A stretch of 64,000 nucleotides of DNA. It comes from Dicyema japonicum. Lineage: Eukaryota; Animalia; Dicyemida. Positions 24,889 through 37,966 of the stretch are shown here, in pieces. How positions within the stretch are numbered: position 1 is the first letter of the stretch; each line of letters begins with the position of its first letter. The translations under genes were made by a program, and so were the position numbers. Below the pieces are notes generated by a model, which saw only the letters and a program-made list of their open reading frames with translations, did no database searches and was not told where the DNA came from. The stretch covers positions 11,080-75,079 of the forward strand of contig RDEW01000021.1 in the NCBI GenBank assembly GCA_011109175.1, written 5' to 3'.

Positions 24889-27400
24889 ATGCGCTTATTC
24901 TGTTTTGAGCCTTCCGCATTGGGACTTGATAGAGATGATCACGGAATAGAGTCTCTCGCTACCACCATGAGGACCAACATTCGTTTTTTGGGAGGTATCC
25001 ACATTCCCGGTTGTCCGATGGCTTCTAACCATACGAGGGAGACACGTTGCCAGAACGAGGAAGTCGAAGTGCTCAGTCTCAAGAGAACTGTCCGGTCGAA
25101 GTTAATCGAAGGTGGCACCCGCGCAGCCATCAGGGCACTTTCCTCAAGTAACCCGCGAAGACCGACTCCCGACGCATAGTTTACTGACCAAATATCCTCT
25201 GCCACCCAAAAACTTACGCCCAGTGGCTCCTTCATCCAGAGTGAATCTCTGATTACATCAAAGATGAAGTTCTCCTCGCAATACGGAATTTTGCTTCTAG
25301 TAGCAGTGGCGGGCTCGACAGAATGAGACCTGGCTACCTGAAGGATCTAACCTCTTTGTCCGTTGGAGACCAGGGACTTCGTCTTACGAATTCAATTACT
25401 TTACTTATGAACCGGATCCTGTCTGGAGTTCCTCCCGAAGTTATCCGCCAATTAGATAGCCCTCGATTAGAAGGGCAGCGGAGTTCGACCAGTTGCGGTC
25501 GGGTTTGTCTTCAAAAGACTGGCTGCTAAAATTACCTCTAGGTATTCTATTCCACTCATCACAAAATTCTTGAACCCCCCTCAAGTAGTCGTCGGTATTC
25601 GCTTGGGATGCGAGACCGCTGTCCATTCAGTGAGGACATTATTAAATCGCAGTATAGAAGATTCCCGGGGACATATTCTGGACATCAAGAACGCCTTCAA
25701 TAGTTCAAGGAGGGACAATATCCTGGAGACGTGTGTTGAATGTTACCCTAATATTTTCGAATTTGTGAGTCAGTCATACATCCTACTTGATCATTACTTT
25801 TCGGGGACTACCTAATCTATTCGTATTCTGGAATACAACAGGGAGATCCCCTTGGACATCTATTGTTTTATCTTGCAATAGAGAAAATCACCAAACTTCC
25901 GCACTCGCCCCTCAACCTATGGTATCTGGACGATGCGGTCCTCGGATACTATTTTCTGGGATTTGGAAGTGAAAATTGCAGCACTGTTGGAAGCTGGACT
26001 GGAGTTAAATTACACTAAATGTGAAATCTACAATTGCGGACTTTTAGAAGAGAAGTATTCAAAAGCTTTGTCATCTTTCGGAAATTTACTGCTTGGAATA
26101 TTCCTACACCCGATGAAGAACTTATATTCCTCGGATCCCCAATCACCATAAATGTAGTGGGAAGAGCAATGCGTGAAAAACGACTGTTACTCGGAGAGAC
26201 TCTGGACCGCTTGTGTCTACTTGATATGCACAGCATTATTCCTCCTGAATAACAGTCTCAAACGTACGGAGGCTTGTATATGTCCTGAGGACTGCTCCTT
26301 ATTTCACCCTGTGTGACCAACTCGCACAGATTAACGAGAACTTTCGTACGACAGCGGAACGTATCTACAACGTCCGGTTCGAAGATTACTCATGGAAGCA
26401 AGCCACGTTGCCAATGAGACTCGGAGGACTTGGAATTCGCAACCATGTGGACCTTTCTCTCTCTTCTATTATCGCTAATGGCCTCTAACACACATGTCAA
26501 GAGGATTCTACACTTTCTACCTGAATTCTCTATTGACAAGGACGCTGGCCATGCTCGTGAGGCCTGGAGCCGCACTTATCAGCTTTTTCTGCCTTCCTTG
26601 TTCTCTCAGCGGGGTCTGGATGATGCTATATGTAAGATTCCTTCAAAGATTTGCTAGTGTTATCCAGCCAACATCGCCGTGCTTGTTTGTTGTCGTGGCC
26701 GTCTTTCGAGAGCGGTGCCTGGCTCAACGCCATTCCTAATGGAGTTCTGGGTAGCTTCCTGGATGATGAATGCGTCCGTATTGGGATCTCATTGCGACTG
26801 GGATTAAAAGTCTGTATTCCACATTCGTGCCGATGCGGAAACAAGATCGACTGTTTTGGCCTACACCCTCTTTCCTGCAGGAAGAGTGCAGGCAGATTTC
26901 CCATACACATGGCTTTGAACGAAGTCGTTAGGCGAGTTTGGACACCGCCGGACACCCCTCCATGCTCGAACCTGTCGGTCTTTGCAAGCGGGACGGGAAA
27001 CGACCAGATGGGATGATAATCTTCCCTTTTGAAGCCGGGAAACAACTGGCATGGGACGTTACCTCCATCGACATGTTTGCCTTCAGCAACCTACTCCAGA
27101 GTGCCTCTGGAGCCTGTTCTGCCGCTGAGAAGGCCGAGAAGATGAAACGGGAAAAGTATTATTTGTTTGTTCCACTCGCTATTGAGACGTCTGGTTTCCT
27201 TGCGCCTGCGACGCTGGAATTCTTGAGTCGTCTAGGGAATCGGATCGCTACACGAACAGGAGACCCTCGTGAGCGCTGCTGGTTATTTGAGCGAATCTCG
27301 CTCGCCATCCTGAGAGGAAATAGCCAAGCAGTCAGAGCAGGCGCTATATAACCATTTACTCTCGTTTCTTTCTTTAATAAAAAGTTGATATCTTTAAAAA
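24889..27400 (+). mobile_element. CRE-like RLE non-LTR retrotransposon, largely complete, frameshifted
   Basis: DIKNAFNS, QQGDPLG, WYLDD, PMRLGGLGIR, SGAWLNAIP, CRCG..GLHPLSC, RPDG, WDVT, WLFERISLAILRGN. Confidence 0.92.
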
Positions 27401-27889
27401 AATAGATATTAAAAATATTTTTTGAGATCAGAAATTCTTCCAATAAGTATTGACATATTTCTGTCCCCGGATGTCAGTTTCGTCAATCAAAACAAAATTT
27501 TTCAGATCTATAATAAATGAAAATAAAACCTCAAAAATAATAAAAAAACCTCAAATATATCTCCAAGAATTTCCATTGTTGCAAAAACATGATGGTCTTC
27601 TTTAGAAAAAATTCCTAACCTATTGTAACTTACACAAAATAGGAGGTTAACCCTGACAAGCGGCTGTTCGTTTCGCCCTCTTTTATCTAAAAGAAGAGCT
27701 AGGAAAAGTAATTAGTTCTTTACCACCACGTCACAACCCTATGAATGCACAAGTTCAAATGCACAAAAAACAATGCTCCTGGATGGGACAAGATCACTAT
27801 GAGTTTGTTCAAGGAAGCACCCTTGGCGCACTATGAATATCTGGAATGTCTATTTTTATTATTAAAAGCACTTTCACAGAACCAAAGAA

Positions 27890-30800
27890 CGTTATATTAA
27901 CTAAGGTTCCGTTTGTGCCACACGTTTCAAAATCTGCTTCACTAGGCATCTCCATCGCCCTCTGCTTTGCGCATCTGTCCTTAGATCTTCTGCAAATTTA
28001 AGTTTTCTTCCAATTCCATTTAGATCCTTGTTCAGAGCCACGGGTAGAGTGACTCTGGGTCTTCCTCTGAATGATGGTTTTGTTCTCATTATATTTGCAG
28101 GGGCGTTTATGTCCATTCTAAGCACGTGGCAAAACAGTCTCCATCTTGATTCAATAATGTCGATGCTTATTGGCCTCGATTGTGCCACAGAGTATAATTT
28201 CCTATTTGAAATCTTCTTTGGCCAACCTAGGCCCATTAAATTGCGTAATTGTTTTCGATGAAATATATCCATTTCTTGAGCTCTAGCTCTGTGACCCCCC
28301 ATGTACCCGAGTTGAACATAAGCACCGGCTTTATATATGCGTTGTGTAGTCTTATTCTTAGATTTTTAATTAGTTTTCGTCGACTCCATATCTTCTGCAT
28401 TTTCTTATGCATGGCAGTGGCTAGAACTCTTCTATACATCATGTCCTCACTACCACCAAGTAAGGATCCAAATTTCCTCTAATTTTCATCAATATATTTT
28501 GATTCCCTTGTGATTCTTATGTGTTCAGTCTTTTCCTGATTAACTCGCAGAGACCAATTCTTAAATTCTCCAGGGATTTTTCTCTAAAGCAAGTCCAAGT
28601 TCCAGATCATTTTCTGACACAAAATCTATGTCATTTGCATAAATAATCTCCATCGGCATGCATCCTTCACATTTTGTTCTAAGAGCTTTCAATGCCGCTT
28701 CCAGGTATACAACGAATAGAACTGGATAAGGAAACGGACAAGTTTTGTGTTATCCTCATCAAGAAAACTCCCAGCAACGTCCAACAATGTTTTTTTCTGT
28801 TGACAGTGTCAAACGCACTGGACATGTCCACTCCCAAAATCTTAAAATCACTCCTGTATCGTTAACACATGGCACACATCCACCTGTGGGACCAAAATGC
28901 ATTTGCGGTCGAGCGTCCCTTTCTGAACCCACATTTTTCCGGCTACAAAAATTCATAAACATCAGAAGATATCCGACTAAGAGTTATCAGAGATAGTATC
29001 TTCCTCAGTGTTCTCAATAATATCACTGGTCTTAGGGTTTTATCGGTTCCTTGCTCTTTCCTGGTTAATGAAAAGGAATTAAAATTCCATGACCATGTTT
29101 CAAGTGGGAATGCGTCTCAAATACCTTATTGAAAATCTTTGTAATGAGGGTTGTCAGTTCGCCTGGTGCATACTTGATCATTTCTCCATGTATGTTGTCT
29201 GTTCCCGTTGCCCTGTTGTTGTTTAATTTAATGATTGCCAGGTTAGTTTTCTCTGTTGATATTGGTGGATTCAGGCTTCTTGGTGATTTCTCAAATGGCT
29301 TCACATATGAGGTTTAATTTTCATTCAAAAGTCATGAAAAATGTTCGGCAATGATCTCAGTTTTTCTTTATTATCCAATACATTTCTATCTTGACTGTCG
29401 TGAATACAAATATTCGTAGGTTTAAGTCCCCTCTGCAAAAGGCGAACTGCTCGAAACATTTGCGTTCCGTATCCCAACTTCTCGATTTCACTGATACGTT
29501 CGTCAATTTTCTTGACAATTTTCCAGTTTTCCTAGTCTCCTTGACAATACGATTTCTTTCTCTTCTTGACACGTTGTAAGTATCATTATTTGTACATGAT
29601 TCCATTCTCAGCCGCAATTTTTTTTGTTTAATTGATAATGATCAAATTTTGTATCGAAGACTCCTTTAAATCCTGCCGGCCTATTTTCCCCAAGCACGTC
29701 GAAACTTGCCTTCTTTATTCTCTCAAAAGTAGTATTCCAAATTATGTTCACAGTCATCTTAATTGCCATACAATAATCTTAACGCGTCTTCTCACATAAG
29801 CATAATTTTTCCACAATAAAACAATCCAGATCAGCTCTCTTCGTTCTAGCTCCATCTATTCCGAAATATCTTTTCATTCTGAAACGTGGAACCAGCAGTT
29901 TATGATCACTATGAGTGATGGTTCCTCCATAGCTGCAGGAGTCTGTTAGTAAAGCACGAAGAGATCTTTTACACATAACATAATCAATCTGGTTGTATAT
30001 CCGGACATAGTCACCATTTCCATCCTTTCTGAGTCCAGTCCACGTAGTCTTATGCCTCTTATTGTGGTCGAATGCAGAATTACAAATAAAGTAGTCAAAC
30101 ATGTTACAAAATTGCACGAGCGATTCTCCTGACATATTCCTCCTCCCCTTGGCGTGTCTACCCATACAGGGTTTTCTCCATGGACAGTGTCCCACTTTAG
30201 CATTCCAATCACCACACAAAAAGGTCATAAACGAGCCTTTGAGATCAAGATGGTATCCGTTATTGACATATAGAACAGATCAAGTTCATCGGGATTTGTA
30301 GAAACCCTCGTCATTGTGGGCGCGTAGACATTAATTATGGATATAAAGGAATTATCAGTCCTCCCACTCTTAATCTGGAGTACTGCTAATTCTGTCATTC
30401 ACCCTCCACACTCTGTGGATTCTCCCATAAAGACATTGATGTATAGCAAAGCCAAGTCCGTAGTGGTTGCATTCAGAGTCTAGTAGTATAAGTCTAAACT
30501 CTCCGTAATTCTCCTCAACTTCATCCTTCACTTTAGTCCCCTGTATACTGCATATAGTAACTTTGTATGATGTTAAGTCACTTATTAAATCCTCCTTTTT
30601 ATGTTTTTCGTTCAATCCTCGAACGTTGAATGACGTCAGTGTGACGAGATCATTCGTCATGTGTGAAATAGACATAATTATTCAGAACCACGTCACCAGT
30701 TCAATGTCTCTATACATGCAGTATTAGGTTGGGTCATATACCTTCCCATTGGAAATTGAAGGAGGTCCGGATGATACGTAAATATGGGAAACCTGGGTAC

Positions 30801-31000
30801 TTGGCAATCAGTTATAGGCCTGTAAACCCTATACAAACAATCTCGAGAATTAGGAAAGGATCGTGTTTAACAGTCGCCGAACAGGCATTGGCGTCTTCTG
30901 AGTAGGTGGAGGGAAGGAAAAGAAATCTTTAATCAAGTAGCCACATGGTTCCACATAGTTCCACATTGCACCACGCGGCCGTATAATCTAAAAAAACCAG
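27890..31000 (-). mobile_element. Near full-length degenerate RTE-clade LINE
   Basis: FNVRGL (30370-30675), CGDWNAKVG, NQIDYV, SDHKLL, ATGTDNI, RLHNAYIKPVL, IFHRKQLR..WP, FRGRPRVTLP; putative 5' UTR 30690-31000. Confidence 0.9.
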
Positions 31001-31083
31001 TTAATAGTGAGTAAAAATATTAATATCTTGTTAAGTTATTATTTTATTATTAATAAGCACACTGCAAAACAACGTTAGTAAAG

Positions 31084-31560
31084 TTATCTCGCTTGTGCCA
31101 CCCTCTCCTGGATGCGTTTTGTTAATCGTTTCCAGTTCCCTCTGTTCCTCAATAGGTCCCTCAGGTGCTCAAGATCATCTGCCGACGTCAACCCTTTCCC
31201 AATCGAAGTTAGGTCTTGATGTAGAAGGGTTGGTAGAGTAATTCGTGGTCTTCCCCAGAAAATCGATCCCGGATGAGGAGCATGGTGGTGTTCCATCACG
31301 AGATTAGCGGGAGTATTCCTGTCCATCTTAGGATGTGACCAAATAAGCCCCATCTGTTACTTTTATTTCTCCGTCCAATGGGTGGATATTGTAATGGGAA
31401 TAGAGGTGTTTGTTTGAGATGTGCTTTGGCCAGGAAATTCTTAGAATGTATCTGTCATCTGCGAAGATGACTTCCGTTATATGTCTGGGGATATTATTCC
31501 TGGCCTCTCGTAGGGTTGCCTCCAGATATGCGATGAATCTTGTTAAGTACAGCAATAATT
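31084..31560 (-). mobile_element. RTE 3' fragment with internal deletion
   Basis: FADD joined to LRISWPKHISN; FWGRPRITLP; RGNWKRL. Confidence 0.8.
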
Positions 31561-33482
31561 TATTTTTATTTAAAAATATTTATTTATAAAATATCCGTCA
31601 GTGAATTAATTTCGAATAAACATTTTTTACCATTTAAAATTATGGTTCTTGTCGTGTCATATAGCTTTAGGATTTCTTCAACGGATTATCATTTACAGAG
31701 ATTATTATCAATGAAAACGACCAAATAATCTTAAAGGTAATGAAAAATTTTTAATTCAGGATAAATTTAAGCACTGCTTTGTATATGACGACACACCCAA
31801 TTTGGGTCAAAATTCCGTTAAAAGGTCTTTATCAGAGTTCAGTTCTGAGCCAAAAAGACCGCGACACTTCTAAATAATTCTAAATATTTTCTTTTTAACC
31901 TTCTAAATACTTTAATAACAATTTTATTAATCTAATTGGATTTGATTTATAACTCTGCAGGAGTTTAAACATTTTATACAAATTAAGGTGTTTTTAAGAC
32001 TGAATCGAAGTGCTTGATTAGTCAAGTTCACTGGTTAACTGATCGGGATATTGAACTGGTGACGTAGGTTTTTCGGACCAAATGACAAATACATTCAACT
32101 TTCAGTCCTATGAGACTTGGACTAAATGACGACCTCAAAGGTAGATCATTCAACTCTGGTTGTCCAGTACTCCAAAGGTGGATCCATTAATATTATGTGA
32201 ATACGGTCATGCCTGGTTGATGTTGTAAATTTAAGTGCAAATTAATTAGACATTGTTTAATATCAAAATGGCACAAACATGCCTATATAACATGGTAAAG
32301 TCACAATTTGGGAATAAATGTCAGTTTGGTCTTCTTGCACTGCCAATGACAGAGGTCCTTGTCTAATGAATTTTGAATATTTGAAGGCTTATATTTATGG
32401 GCACTCACTGATGGGAGTAAAGTTTCAAAAAGCTACATCACTGTGGGAATTATATTTTAAAGGACATGGGTTTACTGCACATAAGTTTACATTGGTAGTA
32501 CACGTATTTGTATCTCCCAACAAGGTTTCTGTTTATCACTTTGGCAAATCACGAGGTGTGGGCTGATTGTCGATTTTTATTAAATCGATACTTAAGAAAC
32601 ACCATGACTATTCGATGTTAATTACGAGTTATGGTATTTGATGCATTCCAGGTAATTCATTGGCTGATTGCTTCCTTTAAAGTGGATTTGACTCATCAAC
32701 TTTGATTTCTCATTATCTTCAAATATTTTGAACGAGGAAGTGTTGGACACTTGTCTGCTCCAAAAATGGAGAACCTTGGATGAATCTGCCTACGAACAAG
32801 GGAATTATTGTTTAGATAACAACTCTGTCGAAGGAGATATCTAAGGTCCTCGAACCATGACATTGTTGCATCCGTTCCTTTTTTATGTACAGCAGTTCAT
32901 ATATATGATATCTCTTCCCTAGTCCAAAAAGAGAACGTGGTTACATCCATATTGAGGAGATGAAGACATTAGTGTACATCTACATTCGAAAATTGCTAAT
33001 CATCCACATTGCTAAGGTAGAAAATACTTATTCAGTTCGGCAGATAATTTTATTTGCGATTAAACACATGACTTGTGTGTCCAATTTCTACAATTGCAGT
33101 AACGGAAAGGCAAGTCTTTCCACACAAGTTAGTGATCTTCTTACTCATCCTTCCACACAAGTCCATCGGTAAAGCCCACCCATAATCAAAGGAAATGGAA
33201 GAGTTCCTGCAATCGAGAAACAACTTCAAGGAACGGGGGTCATAATAAAGTTCACTACTTCAATTTCTCGAATACTAATAATATTGATTTTGAGCTATTC
33301 AAAAAATATTTGTTCAGAACTACGGGTTTCTGACGTCTCCTGAGTCCGTTTATGACTGCGAAAATAAAAGATGGGGTTTTCATGTTGAATTTTGTACAAT
33401 AAAAGTACGTCACGGTCTCAACTTTCGAATTTTAGTAGGCTTCAAGTTATGGAATGACACAACTGATATTTTAGTAGACTTA

Positions 33483-33657
33483 GTCGGGTGGTGCAGTGTA
33501 ACGAGTGACAGGCAAACGGCTTGATGGCCCCTAGTACGAATCTCGCTGCTGTACATTCCGGCTGAAGGTTCCACGTATATACGATGCTTGGCTTGACGAG
33601 TGACGCCGTCATCAGTGAACATCTCACTTCGGAACCGAATCGTCTACAAAAAGACTC
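33483..33657 (+). mobile_element. Putative tRNA-derived SINE, copy 1
   Basis: A-box-like TGGTGCAGTG and B-box-like AGTACGAATC; body shared with 39738-39910 (tggcttgacgagtgacgccgt). Confidence 0.6.
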
Positions 33658-33789
33658 TAGTACTATTCAAGTTATTTGAGCATAATTTTCACTTAAATTA
33701 AATAATTATTAAAAAAGTGTTAATAATTATTTAAATAAAATCAAATTACATTTTTAAATAAAAATTAATGTCAATAGAAATATAAACGA

Positions 33790-36700
33790 ATGGAGTCAAG
33801 TTTGAAAAACAACTGGAAAAAGTACAAATTCGCAGTGAGCACGGACACTAACAAAAACGCGGGGACAAAAGCCAAAGTTGGATAAATAAAAATTTTGAGA
33901 TTTCATTCCAAATTGTGAGTGATAACAAGGTCCTTCCACCATTCTGTTTTCCCTTTAAGCGGACCGAGCCAGATCAATCCTTTAACTTCCACGTGGGTTC
34001 TAAGAATTTTGTCATTTTGAGGACCGAGGACCTCAAAGGCATCAAATCCATCAAAATAATGGTCATTTGGTATTTTAAGGGTAGAATCATGGGAAAAGCA
34101 GAGATGACAGATGGAAATTAGACAGAATCGTTGTAACAGATCTTTCAACCAGCAAGTCCTGGACATTTCCAAAGAGCGAATGGATCATCCCTTATAAACT
34201 GGACTATTCCTTGGACAACTTCATATACCCGGCAAAGTCAACATTTTCGAGTATTTCTACTTTATGGATTGTTAGGTTACGACATTACCGTTTTCACGGG
34301 AAATCGCGGTGATTCCGCTAATAAGATCGTGTTTATTCAACTCTACGGGACAGCAGGGACCTCGGATGAAATAATATTAACAAAATCAGACTTACCATGC
34401 TTTAAAAGGGGGCTGTGGACACTTTTCATTCCGTGATCTACGACATTGGAGTGGTAAACAAAATAAAGTATTTACGTGCTCTTTCTTTAGGATTGGACTG
34501 ATTTCTACTATCAAAACGTCCACCTGGTATTTGAAGCACGTGGACGTAGTTAGTTTGCCTTACAAAAAGACCATGAGTTTCCCATGCCATCAACTGTTTG
34601 AGGCCAGCCAAGAAACAGTCTTCCTAACTCTTACTGGACAACGCAAGATGAGAAAACAAAGTAGAGATTTGTGTCACTAAGAATCGTCCTATGTCCTCAC
34701 AGTTTACTCCCAGCCTTTGGAATCCAGCAATTTCGACGGCTTTTTGGGTCTTTATCTTATCAACCCTACTGGGTCCTCTGACAGAATCATTTTATGCAAG
34801 AATCTCGAATGTTTCACTCACAAATGGTAAAATTACCGCTAAGCTCAGCATCAACAAATTTAGGGTGAAGAGCACGAGAATGGACGGAATCACATCTTTG
34901 TCGATGTTCCACGACTCGAAAGGAATCAGACTGTGGATTGATAAGGTATCCTCCATCCTGACCGTGAGATTGTCGTGGAAGATGAAATATTCGACAAATT
35001 TTACGATTTCGTATTTTTTGACTACATGGCTTGTGGCTTGACTTACAAGCTCGACGCAGTTCACTTTGATGAGCAAAGCCAAGGTCTCTTGATTAATAAA
35101 ATTAGACGATAAGGTCGTTTATCACATGTTTTTAAACATTGGGAGTTCACAGTCTTCCGAGAGGATGTCCGATCTCGACGTTGAGCTGATTGGGGGAACT
35201 GTAGACAGAACAGTCACGGAAAATGTGAGATTTGAGAAAAACTTAATTACTTTGCAAAAAAGCAATCATTTCAAGGCCAAATTCAGCAAAAACCTAAGCA
35301 TAGTCAGGACTCTTGTACTAAGATGCTCCACCCACGTGGAAAATCATACATTTTATTTGGAAAATGTGCTCAAAGTGCCTAATTTGTAGTTAAAGATCGT
35401 CAATTCCACGACTGGGGTGGTCCAAATATTTCCCTATGAGAAGACGTTTGAAGGGGACACGACTCTTACGGAAGACGTTAAACTGCGGGAGGTGACCAAT
35501 GCTGAAGGTCTACCTGTGATTTAAATTTTAGGTATAGTAGTTGACACGTGGCAGTTGATTTTCTTTTCAAAGCTCAATCACGCAGAAATATCATTCGAAT
35601 TACTCCTCTTTGGGTCACTGGGGGTCTCCAAAGTCTTCAATACTGGGAAGATCAGTCTTAAATCAGAATCTACGGAGACTATTAGGTTTGAGTCGCTCAA
35701 GGTTGGTCATTTGAAAAAACTCCGTGTTTGGCACGTGTCAAAAACTAGTCCCTTTTCAAAAGTAATGAATATGCCTTGACTTAGATTACGATTGGGAATT
35801 TGTGTTCTGGGTATTTTTACGTATTTTACACGGATTCCTGGTTCAAACGAGGCAATCAGAACGACCACTCCAATTTTATAGAGATGCCGGCTGAGGGTCC
35901 CATGGTATCTTCCGTGAAGGAATGTAAGGATTGGATTAACCATTTCAGTTGTGGAGTACATTATCAGATTGAAAGTAAAAAAGTCAACAAAATTGAAACA
36001 AATATTATTTTTGAGATTTTTGGAGAGAACGAGGACTCGACGGGAGAACGAGTATTTTCAAATCGGTCCCCAATGGATGAAGAGGTTGATAACGTATCTG
36101 ACTCTTAGGGATTTGAAAAATACAGTTTTTCTGCTCTTTCCATAGGACAGATCGAACGACTTAGACTGGGACATACAAAAAATGAGGAAAAGGCGAGCTG
36201 GCTTTTGGAATATGCAATCGTAGAGTGTCCCCAATTGGATCAGATAGAAGAGTTCATTTGCGAACGGTATTATGGCAGTTGATTGAAGATGGTTTTCACC
36301 CACCAAAGATGACGGCCTGTGTCTGCGAGTACTAAAGCCGGGGCTAAATCCAATTCCTAAAGGTAAGTCCGAGGAGTAGCATCCATAGAAACTGAATATA
36401 TCGTTTCTATAGCAACAAATAAATCCACCGAGCCTTCCAATTTAGGAAAAGCTTACATTACTTTCATCGGCACAGAGGGAAAAACTAGGAAGTTGTATTT
36501 TGAAAAGAAGAGTGGAAGTAAAGGACTAGTGAAACGCAAAGTAATCACTCCTTCACGTGTCAAAATGTCGGCCCAGTAATCGATTTGATTAACATCCAGT
36601 TAATATCTGTTTGCATTGGGTCTTCAGTTGACTCGGAACAGATCCCCTGGAGATTCGAATCCATCGAAGTCACCGTCCACAATAAGATTTACTACTTTTA

Positions 36701-37672
36701 CCCCAACAAGCTAATCAGCCGAAAATGTCCCGAAATTGAGGTGAACAAGTCGAACACCAAAAAGTGTCCCATTCATGGTTTGAGGAGTCCTCTTATTAGA
36801 GAAATCGAGTACAAGATAATTGTTTACACGGGAGACAAGCTGGGAGCGGGGACCGACTCGAACGTGTTCATCAACATTTACGGGAACAAAGATATTGTGT
36901 ACAACGTGAAACTAACGAATAACCAACATTATAACAAATTTGAACGGGGAAGGTAATTTTAAGGAATATGGAAGTACGATGTATTCACCAAGATGCTGAA
37001 GGATGTTGGAATGGTCCAGAAGATAGATTTAATGCACGACTCCTTTGGGATACTGAATGAGTGGTACGTGGACAAGGTGGAGATAATCAGTTCGACAAAA
37101 CGGTAGATTGGACCCTTTACTTAGGTATTTGTTTATATGTGAACAGTGGATAAAAAAGGCTAAAGGATCTCCCATGGCTTCCGTGACTCTTGCGACGGAT
37201 AGTTCTGCTGAAGATCAGCAGGGTAAAGGCTAGTTTCACGTTAGACTCAACGGATGGATTTTATACTATTACGATTTACACAGGGAGTCAGTTTGGGGCC
37301 GGGACTGACGCCTCAGTGTTTATTGTCATTCACGGAAATAAGGGGAGCACCGAATTGATCAATTTATCCTGCGCGATTTCAACTCGACCGACGAAATCCT
37401 TGTTTTCGAGAAACTCTGTGATTGTTTAACTTAAATCCAAGATTGATATTTTCAATGTGAACAATTTTGATGTGGGGGATATCACTAAGATAAAACTAAT
37501 GCACTCCGCCGCCGGGATAGGAGCCGACTGGTTTGTAAAAAAGTTGGAGATTCTTTACAAAAATGAAAAGTAAAAGTTGTAATAAAGCAGATATAATTTT
37601 ATTATTAACAAGTGGATTAAATTCGACAGCAAGAATAAAGAAGCATCGATAGAAGTTATTTATGAAAAATAA
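33790..37672 (+). CDS. Multi-PLAT-domain protein (LOXHD1-like), about 8 PLAT repeats, many 21-26 nt introns
   Basis: Repeated PLAT signatures YKIIVYTGDKLGAGTDSNVFINIYG, YTITIYTGSQFGAGTDASVFIVIHG, FERG, WYVDKV. Three -1 frameshifts at homopolymers (34408-12, 35977-82, 36572-74). Confidence 0.85.
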
Positions 37673-37966
37673 TTAAATTAGTTATATACTAAAATATATT
37701 TAAAAATAAAAAAATTAATAAATTTAGTATTTACTAGGTTCTAGCTATCAAATGGTGAGGTGGCTTACCTCAATTGCGCGTATGTTTAAAACACACCTGG
37801 AGAATCGTACTTATCAAAAACCAAGATCTATACACACTTTGTAAATCGAAGCATTGGATACAATTATTACTAACACCCTATTGCTGATTAGTTGAACACA
37901 CATTACAGATGAATCATGCCGTTCCTGCATACGATATTATGGAATCATACTTCCTCTGCTTTAGGG

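Noticed and set aside
30690-31000. HDV-like ribozyme in the RTE 5' UTR
   Set aside because: Known for some RTEs, but I could not assemble the nested pseudoknot by eye.
33410-33627. ORFs 33410-33622(-) and 33442-33627(-) as genes
   Set aside because: They overlap the SINE-like repeat that recurs at 39738-39910.
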